Shown here one piece after another: positions 6,239 through 12,961 of a stretch of 12,961 nucleotides of DNA. The DNA comes from a virus (lineage: Duplodnaviria; Heunggongvirae; Uroviricota; Caudoviricetes): IMG/VR virus record IMGVR_UViG_2778261527_000007; one strand, given 5' to 3'. The notes below the pieces were generated by a model. It did no database searches. It was not told where the DNA came from and was given only the letters and a program-made list of their open reading frames with translations. How positions within the stretch are numbered: the stretch's first letter is position 1; every line of letters starts with the position of its first letter. Both the position numbers and the translations under genes were made by a program.

Positions 6239-8373
6239 TGAGCGGTAACGTGATCATTACCAAAACGATTAACCGGACCATGTTCACCACGGACGGGGCC
6301 AGCTATAAAAAGACAGTTGACCGTATCAAACAGGTAGGGAAAGAGTGGGACAAAGTAGCGTCCAAGATGAAACCGCTACGCCTCAAGTTTGAGGAAAACG
6401 CCTACACCAAGATCCGCCGGAAACAGCAGGACGCCGCCGCAAAAGCAGCACTGGCAGAAGCCAAAGCCAAAGCGGCAGCAGACGCCAAAGCAGCCAAAGC
6501 ACAGATCGCAGCGGAGCGTAAGATCCAGACAATCCGCGCTAAAGCTATCCGCTTCAGCACTTCAGCGGCTAACGCCAACGTGACCCCGGCCCAACGTGCT
6601 GGACACCTCCAGGAGTTTGGACAGCTTACGCGCCAGTATCACGCCGGGTCTATGGCATTGCAGGAATATAACGCCCGTGTGTCAAAACTTCAGCAAACCA
6701 TGCGCCAACAAGGCCGGGTAGGCATGAGGGGAGCCACAATTCCAGTAACCGCCAAAGTTAACAAACTGGACACCTCCATGATCGAGGGTGCAGGGGGGGC
6801 GATCACCATTGCCGCAACTGTGGCGCTGAGCGGCAAGATCATGACCACCGGGCAGGATTTTGAATCCGCGCTTTCTGGTCTGACAGCGATCACCGGTTCC
6901 ACAGATAAGGCCGCTAAAGAGTTTGATTATCTCCGTGATCAATCCAACCGTTTGGGGCTGGACCTCCTGAAGACTTCAAAGGATTACACTCAATTTGCCG
7001 CCGCTGTTGGTGACAAACTCCCTAAAGACCAGATGAGATCCATCTTTGAGGGTGCCAGTGAATGGGGCCTTGTTACTGGTGCAGACGCCGACGCACAAAG
7101 CCGCGCTTTGAAAGCACTTAACCAAATGATGAGTAAGGGAACGGTGATGAGTGAAGAACTCAAAGGCCAGCTTTCCGAAGCTCTCCCGGGCGCTGTGGGT
7201 CTGTTCGTTAAGGCTCTCAACCAGATGAAAGGGACAACCAACCTTACAGAAAAGGATCTGTTTGACCTGATGCAACAAGGGAAGCTGTTCTCTAAGGACA
7301 TCCTCCCGGAAGTGGCGAAACAGATGAAAGCCGCAGCTCGTAACGGCGGCGCTCTGGATAAGGCTATGAAGTCCAACCGGGCAAGTTGGCAGCGCCTGCA
7401 AACCAGTATGCAGAACGCTATGAATATCTTCTTTACTTCTGGCTTTGGTAACTCACTAACCAGCGCTTTCGACGCTATCAGCGCCGCTGTTAACGGCTCT
7501 GGTGGGGCCTTTGAGATGTTCGGGCATATCGCCGGGAAAATCGTTGAGGGTGCCACAGATGCGTTTACAGAGTTGCACGACACTGTGATCCTGACCTTCC
7601 GCATTATTGAGTATTACGCCGCTAAGATGGGGATCACTGGTGAGCAGCTTAAATCCTGGGGAGAAATGGCAGCATACGCCGCCGGGGTGGCTCTGTTCGC
7701 TGGCTCTATCTGGAAGTTGGGCGGGGCCTTTAAATGGTTGTTGACCATGCTCAACCCGCTAACCAAATTGCTGGGGGTCATGAAAGGGATCGCCGCTATT
7801 GGTGGCATTGAATCCGCTACAACTGGCGGATCTGGTGGGGAAGGTAAAGACAAGCCAAACAAACCGGGCCGGGGTCCGAAAGTTGGCAAGGTAGGCGGCG
7901 CGGCGGCTCTCTCTGGCGGTCCTGTTGGCTGGGGCATTGCGATCGGTTCGGTAGGTGGGGATTATGCCTGGGATAAAGTCATGGACGCTAACGACGCCAT
8001 GTATGGACAGGACACCACCGCCGGAGGCAATCTGAAGAAAGATAGCCCGCTGGGTAAACTGTGGGATTTCATCCACAGCCCAGACCTTCCGACTAATCCA
8101 GACTTTGCCAAACCAACAGATAAAACAGGGTGGGTAAGCTCTTACTCCAATCCGGGTTATGTTCCTCCTGCGCCGACGATTACAGCGCCACAGCTTAAAG
8201 TTGATATGGCAGGTAATCCACTGATGACGCCGCCAGCGTGGCTAAACCAGCCGCTTAACGTGAACGTCAATGTGAAAGTGCAGGATGGGCAGGTTAGGGA
8301 TCTGGTCCGCTCTGAAGTTGAGACCAACAACCAGCAGGCTTTCAACATGCTGATGCAGGGCGGGCCGAACTAA
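6238..8373 (+). CDS. Phage tail tape-measure-domain protein (711 aa)
   Basis: N-terminal Ala/Lys-rich coiled coil, then a region (..ADAQSRALKALNQMMSKGTVMSEELKGQLSEALPGAVGLFVKALNQM..) matching the conserved tape-measure domain as I recall it. C-terminal half has hydrophobic Gly-rich segments (..VGGAAALSGGPVGWGIAIGSVGG..) typical of tape-measure proteins. RBS AGGGGA. Confidence 0.75.
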   Translation: MSGNVIITKTINRTMFTTDGASYKKTVDRIKQVGKEWDKVASKMKPLRLKFEENAYTKIRRKQQDAAAKAALAEAKAKAAADAKAAKAQIAAERKIQTIRAKAIRFSTSAANANVTPAQRAGHLQEFGQLTRQYHAGSMALQEYNARVSKLQQTMRQQGRVGMRGATIPVTAKVNKLDTSMIEGAGGAITIAATVALSGKIMTTGQDFESALSGLTAITGSTDKAAKEFDYLRDQSNRLGLDLLKTSKDYTQFAAAVGDKLPKDQMRSIFEGASEWGLVTGADADAQSRALKALNQMMSKGTVMSEELKGQLSEALPGAVGLFVKALNQMKGTTNLTEKDLFDLMQQGKLFSKDILPEVAKQMKAAARNGGALDKAMKSNRASWQRLQTSMQNAMNIFFTSGFGNSLTSAFDAISAAVNGSGGAFEMFGHIAGKIVEGATDAFTELHDTVILTFRIIEYYAAKMGITGEQLKSWGEMAAYAAGVALFAGSIWKLGGAFKWLLTMLNPLTKLLGVMKGIAAIGGIESATTGGSGGEGKDKPNKPGRGPKVGKVGGAAALSGGPVGWGIAIGSVGGDYAWDKVMDANDAMYGQDTTAGGNLKKDSPLGKLWDFIHSPDLPTNPDFAKPTDKTGWVSSYSNPGYVPPAPTITAPQLKVDMAGNPLMTPPAWLNQPLNVNVNVKVQDGQVRDLVRSEVETNNQQAFNMLMQGGPN

Positions 8374-8389
8374 CCGCCCATACAAAAAA

Positions 8390-8419
8390 GGCTCCCCTAG
8401 TGGGAGCCTTTTCTCTTTT
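8390..8419. terminator. Bidirectional intrinsic terminator between the convergent tape-measure and recombinase genes
   Basis: GGCTCCC-CTAGT-GGGAGCC perfect 7-bp stem, flanked by an A-run (8384-8389) and a T-rich tail (8409-8419). Confidence 0.6.
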
Positions 8420-8442
8420 ATAACTCCTAATATCCAGGCTTT

Positions 8443-9009
8443 TCATAACAGATCTTCTATTGAATATTTATTACTGAAATCATCTACTTTGCGTTGTGTG
8501 GCCCCAATGTAATGGAGCGTACTGGATAACGATTTGTGCCCCAATGCCTTACTGATTACGGCTATATCCTCCCCATTGTCATAACCAATCGTTGGTTTAC
8601 TCTTCCTCATGCTGTGGGTCGAAAGATTCAGCCCCAGCTTTTCCCCGGCGTAGCTAATTTCCTCATGCAATTTGGAGCGGCTCACAGGTTTTCCCTTGCT
8701 CCTGTGGCTGTCCAACTGTAAGAGGTATACATGATCAGGGTTCGCCTCTCTCCGGGCCGCTATGATGCGTTTAGCGGTATCGGTGAGCCTCACCCGGACA
8801 GATTCACCCGTTTTCTGTTGGGACAGGACAAGGTGATCGCCTTTGATGTCGTCATAACGGATAGAGCGCAGATCCGACACCCTCAGCATTAATTCATAAC
8901 CCAGCAACCAGGCGTCACGGTACAGCGTCAGCCCCTTGCCCTGTTTGAGTAGCTCAACCGCTACCGCTTTCACTTCCTGAACTGATTTACAGCCCTCTAC
9001 GAAATTCAT
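8443..9009 (-). CDS. Tyrosine recombinase, integrase catalytic domain only (188 aa; FimB/FimE-sized)
   Basis: Strong RBS GGAGGG 5 nt before the ATG. All catalytic signature residues of lambda-Int-type recombinases are present in order: R (LRVSDL), K (QQKTG), H-x-x-R (HSMRKS), H and Y (LGHKSLSSTLHY). There is no room for N-terminal arm- or core-binding domains. Confidence 0.75.
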   Translation of the reverse strand: MNFVEGCKSVQEVKAVAVELLKQGKGLTLYRDAWLLGYELMLRVSDLRSIRYDDIKGDHLVLSQQKTGESVRVRLTDTAKRIIAARREANPDHVYLLQLDSHRSKGKPVSRSKLHEEISYAGEKLGLNLSTHSMRKSKPTIGYDNGEDIAVISKALGHKSLSSTLHYIGATQRKVDDFSNKYSIEDLL

Positions 9010-9033
9010 TCTGTACCCTCCAGATCCTAACTG

Positions 9034-9050
9034 TGATCAATTCTTGATCA
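9034..9050. promoter_or_regulatory. 17-bp palindrome TGATCAA-TTC-TTGATCA with two GATC sites, in the recombinase promoter region
   Basis: Perfect 7-bp inverted arms with a 3-bp spacer, 25-41 bp upstream of the recombinase start codon. Confidence 0.35.
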
Positions 9051-9403
9051 AAAACATGCACTTGTAAACGACAAAAATGATTAATTTTATGATGTGTCTT
9101 TTTAGTGAATTAAATCGGGTTTAATCGCGTTTAATGGTAAAGTAATGACCCGGCAGGGGAGGTAATGACCTGTTTAAGTGGGTAAAAGATGGTTACTTAA
9201 TGTACTATCACCACAAGGCGGGTAAGGTGATTTGACTCCCCCAGCGCCTTAAAGTTACTGTATTTGTGGGCAATTAATTATTGTTTCGTTATGGTGTTGC
9301 CTGGCAAATTTTCAATTTACCCTCAAGAAAAAATCCCCAGCTTTTTTATCCTTATATGAGAATCAATATCATTTGTAAACGATAGTCGTTCTCGTTACCA
9401 ATC

Positions 9404-9582
9404 GGGGCGAAAGCCTTCGCCCCTCAAAGGGCCTCTGTAGGCCCGCTCTCTGTATGCGCCTGTGGCGCTACCACTCTTAACCCTGTGGGTTTGTATTACT
9501 TGTCACAAGATAATGCGCCACAGGCGCACAGGGGAGGCGTCCGCCTCCAGGGTGGCCCGGCTGGGCCACTGGTCCACAGGGT
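9404..9582. repeat. Cluster of GC-rich hairpins and nested inverted repeats
   Basis: Successive perfect stems: GGGGCGAA/TTCGCCCC (9404-9423), GGGCCT/AGGCCC (9429-9444), GCGCC-TGT-GGCGC (9456-9468) and its reverse complement GCGCC-ACA-GGCGC (9515-9527), GGAGGC/GCCTCC (9533-9548), GTGGCCC/GGGCCAC (9552-9569). A 9-bp inverted pair ACCCTGTGG (9480-9488) / CCACAGGGT (9574-9582) encloses part of it. Does not match the REP consensus I remember. Confidence 0.5.
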
Positions 9583-9972
9583 AAAACAACAGAATGGTAT
9601 TGTGTTGTTATTAAGTAATTGAGAATAAAGGGATATCTGAGTGAGCGCACTGTAAGAGCGGAAGGTTGGACAATGTTTGACCAGAATGCAGGCCATCCGG
9701 TAGGGAGCGCCCCCAGATATTTGGCGAAAATACTCTCATCACCCGGGGCCTCAGATCGAGGGGCCTAGCAACAATATCCAAACTCCCGGATATTTTCCCA
9801 CCCAACTGGAAGGAATCCGCCCCTATTTTCTGTTCGTGTATAGGTTAGGCTGAGGGAGGCTTGCCAATGTACACCCCCTGGATTTGGTGATCTGTTAAGT
9901 TATTGATTTTGATCGATTTTAGATCAATCATCCGTTGCCGGGATTACCCCCCACCCAGACGGATGGCACACA

Positions 9973-10155
9973 ATGAATAACGATAAAGCAAACCACCCTA
10001 AACACTTCCAATACTTGGGCCGCATGGTCACTGTTTACCCTACATACATCATTATTGACGGTATCAAGATCAGCCGTGCCCGTCTTTCCTTTGCATTCCA
10101 ATTGGAATTGGCAAAAGCACTTCGACTGCATGAAGAAAGCGTATGCAGAAAATAA
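9973..10155 (+). CDS. Hypothetical small protein (60 aa), uncertain
   Basis: ORF followed 37 nt later by a strong intrinsic terminator; RBS is weak (GGATGG). Confidence 0.3.
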   Translation: MNNDKANHPKHFQYLGRMVTVYPTYIIIDGIKISRARLSFAFQLELAKALRLHEESVCRK

Positions 10156-10191
10156 ATTTCATTTAAATCTTCACGACTGAATAATTTACTT

Positions 10192-10217
10192 AAGCCGCCT
10201 TATGGGCGGTTTTTTTT
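10192..10217 (+). terminator. Intrinsic terminator
   Basis: GC-rich stem (GCCGCC / GGCGG) with 5-nt loop, followed by eight T (10210-10217). Confidence 0.6.
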
Positions 10218-10366
10218 GTGCCTGCCATTTATCTGTGGGTCACAACGTGAGACACAAACTGGGACACAGAGGATTTTTTAGGGTTGAGTCTTTGGCTTCC
10301 CGCTGGCATGATCCAGAACAGGGATTAACGGGACGTTAATCGCAAGCTTTTGATTTTGTTTTATTT

Positions 10367-10492
10367 GACTCGGGGTGCCCTTCTTAAATGAAGGCTGAGA
10401 AATACCCGTATTACCTGATCTGGATAATGCCAGCGTAGGGAAGTCACGGACCACCAGGTCATTGCTTCTTCACGTTATGGCAGGAGCAAACT
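10367..10492 (+). promoter_or_regulatory. TPP (THI-box) riboswitch in the thiM leader
   Basis: Aptamer (about 10367-10445) GACUCGGGGUGCCCUUC..GGCUGAGAAAUACCCGUAUUACCUGAUCUGGAUAAUGCCAGCGUAGGGAAGUC is near-identical to the E. coli thiM TPP aptamer as recalled, including the CUGAGA and ACCUGAUCUGGAUAAUGCCAGCGUAGGGAA elements. Expression platform runs to the thiM SD and ATG. Confidence 0.9.
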
Positions 10493-11281
10493 ATGCAAGT
10501 CGACCTGCTGAGTTCAGCGCAATCTGCGCACGCGTTACACCTTTTTCACCAACATTCCCCTCTTGTGCACTGCATGACCAACGATGTGGTGCAAACCTTT
10601 ACTGCCAATACCTTGCTGGCGCTCGGTGCATCGCCAGCGATGGTTATCGAAACCGAAGAGGCCAGTCAGTTTGCGGCTATCGCCAGTGCCTTGTTGATTA
10701 ACGTTGGCACACTGACGCAGCCACGCGCTCAGGCGATGCGTGCTGCCGTTGAGCAAGCAAAAAGCTCTCAAACACCCTGGACGCTTGATCCAGTAGCGGT
10801 TGGTGCGCTCGATTATCGCCGCCATTTTTGTCATGAACTTTTATCTTTTAAACCGGCAGCGATACGTGGTAATGCTTCGGAAATCATGGCATTAGCTGGC
10901 ATTGCTAATGGTGGACGGGGAGTGGATACCACTGACGCCGCAGCTAACGCGATACCCGCTGCACAAACACTGGCACGGGAAACTGGCGCAATCGTCGTGG
11001 TCACTGGCGAGGTGGATTATGTTACCGATGGCCATCGCGCCGTTGGCATTCACGGTGGCGATCCGTTAATGACCAAAGTGGTAGGAACTGGCTGTGCATT
11101 ATCGGCGGTTGTCGCTGCCTGCTGTGCGTTACCAGGCGATACGCTGGAAAATGTCGCATCTGCCTGTCACTGGATGAAACAAGCCGGAGAGCGCGCAGTC
11201 GCCAGAAGCGAGGGGCCAGGCAGTTTTGTTCCACATTTCCTTGATGCGCTCTGGCAATTGACGCAGGAGGTGCAGGCATGA
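10493..11281 (+). CDS. thiM: Hydroxyethylthiazole kinase
   Basis: 262-aa product essentially matching E. coli ThiM as recalled ([31 protein letters not shown]..). RBS AGGAG; preceded by the TPP riboswitch. Confidence 0.95.
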
Positions 11282-12078
11282 AACGAATTAACGCTCTGAC
11301 GATTGCCGGTACTGATCCCAGTGGTGGTGCGGGGATTCAGGCCGATCTTAAAACCTTCTCGGCACTTGGCGCTTATGGTTGCTCAGTTATTACTGCACTG
11401 GTGGCGCAAAATACCCGTGGCGTACAGTCGGTGTATCGCATTGAGCCTGATTTTGTCGCCGCCCAGCTCGATTCGGTGTTCAGCGATGTGCGAATCGACA
11501 CCACTAAAATCGGTATGTTGGCGGAAACCGATATTGTTGAAGCGGTGGCAGAACGGTTGCAACGTTATCAGATCCAAAACGTGGTACTCGACACCGTTAT
11601 GCTGGCAAAAAGCGGCGACCCGCTGCTTTCACCTTCGGCGGTTGCTACACTGCGCAGTCGATTATTGCCACAGGTTTCATTAATAACGCCAAACTTGCCC
11701 GAAGCTGCCGCCTTGCTCGACGCGCCACACGCGCGCACCGAACAGGAAATGCTGGAACAAGGGCGATCGCTGTTGGCGATGGGCTGTGGCGCAGTGCTAA
11801 TGAAAGGTGGTCATCTGGATGATGAGCAAAGCCCGGACTGGCTGTTTACCCGCGAGGGTGAACAACGGTTTACCGCACCGCGCATTATGACCAAAAACAC
11901 CCACGGCACTGGTTGTACGCTCTCTGCGGCGTTGGCTGCACTACGCCCGCGCCATACAAACTGGGCTGACACCGTACAGGAGGCAAAAAGCTGGCTTTCA
12001 TCAGCATTAGCCCAGGCCGACACGCTGGAAGTTGGTCACGGTATTGGTCCGGTTCACCACTTCCACGCCTGGTGGTGA
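11278..12078 (+). CDS. thiD: Hydroxymethylpyrimidine / phosphomethylpyrimidine kinase
   Basis: 266-aa product matching E. coli ThiD as recalled ([27 protein letters not shown]..). ATGA start/stop overlap with thiM. Confidence 0.95.
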
Positions 12079-12142
12079 GCACCGTACTATAGCTGCTTTG
12101 GTTATTGTCAGCCTTTGGCACTGACATTCAGGGATGAAACCA

Positions 12143-12961
12143 ATGCAGCTAAGAATTACCAGTCGAAAAAAACTCACCTCTCTATTATGCGCTCTTGGGC
12201 TAATTTCCATCGTTGCAATTTATCCGCGTCAGACGGTGAATTTTTTCTATTCGACAGCAGTTCAGATTACAGACTACATCCATTTCTACGGTTATCGCCC
12301 GGTTAAATCTTTCGCTATTCGCATTCCTGCCAGTTACACCATTCACGGAATAGATGTTTCTCGCTGGCAGGAGCGGATCGACTGGCAGCGGGTGGCAAAA
12401 ATGCGCGACAACGGTATCCGCTTACAGTTTGCTTTTATTAAGGCGACGGAAGGCGAAAAGCTGGTGGACCCGTATTTTTCGCGTAACTGGCAACTAAGCC
12501 GCGAAAATGGCCTGCTGCGCGGGGCGTATCATTATTTCTCCCCGTCGGTAGCAGCGCCGGTTCAGGCACGATTATTTCTGCAAACGGTGGATTTCTCACA
12601 AGGCGATTTCCCTGCGGTACTGGACGTAGAAGAACGGGGAAAATTATCGGCAAAAGAATTACGCAAACGAGTAAGTCAGTGGCTAAAAATGGTCGAAAAA
12701 AGTACGGGAAAAAAGCCGATTATTTACTCAGGAGCCGTTTTTTATCACACCAATCTGGCGGGCTATTTCAATGAATATCCGTGGTGGGTGGCTCACTATT
12801 ATCAACGTCGTCCGGACAATGACGGCATGGCCTGGCGCTTCTGGCAGCATTCCGACCGTGGACAGGTAGATGGCATCAATGGTCCGGTGGATTTTAATGT
12901 ATTTCATGGCACGGTGGAGGAGTTGCAGGCATTCGTTGATGGGATTAAAGAAACGCCTTAA
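12143..12961 (+). CDS. yegX: GH25-family lysozyme-like protein YegX
   Basis: Product matches E. coli YegX as recalled, with a GH25 muramidase-like core. Start chosen at ATG 12143 (SD AGGGA 8 nt upstream) over the in-frame ATG at 12134. Stop codon is the last 3 nt of the window. Confidence 0.85.
   Translation: MQLRITSRKKLTSLLCALGLISIVAIYPRQTVNFFYSTAVQITDYIHFYGYRPVKSFAIRIPASYTIHGIDVSRWQERIDWQRVAKMRDNGIRLQFAFIKATEGEKLVDPYFSRNWQLSRENGLLRGAYHYFSPSVAAPVQARLFLQTVDFSQGDFPAVLDVEERGKLSAKELRKRVSQWLKMVEKSTGKKPIIYSGAVFYHTNLAGYFNEYPWWVAHYYQRRPDNDGMAWRFWQHSDRGQVDGINGPVDFNVFHGTVEELQAFVDGIKETP

Larger units (their letters stand above)
1..10217. mobile_element. Phage-derived accessory region (prophage remnant or satellite-like island) abutting the thiM leader; left boundary outside the window, right boundary unresolved between about 9010 and 10366
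   Basis: Contains phage head genes, a tape-measure-domain gene and an integrase-family recombinase, next to the conserved thiMD-yegX core locus. No att direct-repeat pair can be defined within the window. Confidence 0.5.

Noticed and set aside
6389-8348. Multiple ORFs antisense or out of frame within the tape-measure-domain gene (e.g. 6990-7604 -, 7614-7937 -, 7759-8076 -)
   Set aside because: Embedded in a long, well-supported ORF; compositions (Pro/Ala/Ser-rich) are typical of frame shadows in GC-rich coding DNA.
8443-9009. Calling the recombinase a full-length phage integrase
   Set aside because: Only the ~188-aa catalytic domain is encoded; an upstream in-frame stop and non-coding-looking upstream sequence exclude arm- and core-binding domains. 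Reported as a catalytic-domain-only recombinase instead.
9062-9381. Direct repeat TTGTAAACGA at 9062-9071 and 9373-9382 (311 bp apart) as a fim-like invertible switch
   Set aside because: The copies are in direct, not inverted, orientation, and a 10-bp match within 1 kb is close to chance expectation. Noted but not promoted to a feature.
9404-9582. Hairpin cluster as a tRNA or tmRNA (possible integration target)
   Set aside because: No cloverleaf with acceptor stem and T-arm (GTTC-type) could be assembled; the stems are independent GC-rich hairpins.
12134-12142. Upstream in-frame ATG (12134) as the yegX start
   Set aside because: No spacer between the Shine-Dalgarno-like AGGGA and this ATG; the ATG at 12143 has proper 8-nt spacing. 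Either start gives essentially the same protein.
10462-12653. Overlapping and antisense ORFs within thiM, thiD and yegX (e.g. 10462-10701 +, 10535-10834 -, 11303-11683 +, 11885-12127 -, 12438-12653 -)
   Set aside because: These lie within confidently identified conserved genes; no independent support.

Overview
12.96-kb window from an Escherichia/Shigella-like enterobacterial chromosome. The right end (10.37-12.96 kb) is the conserved thiamine-salvage locus on the + strand: TPP (THI-box) riboswitch, thiM, thiD and the GH25-lysozyme-like yegX. The left ~10 kb is phage-derived accessory DNA with an atypical, apparently mosaic layout. It holds two head genes on the - strand (decoration-like 1125-1496, major capsid 93-1112), then ~2 kb (1497-3517) with no credible ORF but with terminator hairpins, AT-rich direct repeats and a 3x 22-bp-phased repeat array. 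A + strand operon (3518-8373) follows: small RHH/HTH DNA-binding proteins, an HTH_36-like putative replication initiator, and a terminal 711-aa tape-measure-domain protein with no other tail genes. Convergent on it is a 188-aa tyrosine recombinase consisting only of an integrase catalytic domain, followed by a repeat- and hairpin-rich junction (9010-10366) into the thiM leader. No rRNA, tRNA or CRISPR array was seen. All calls come from reading the translated ORFs and motifs by eye; no database or HMM search was run, so family names are recognition-based hypotheses. Coordinates of CDS include the stop codon.
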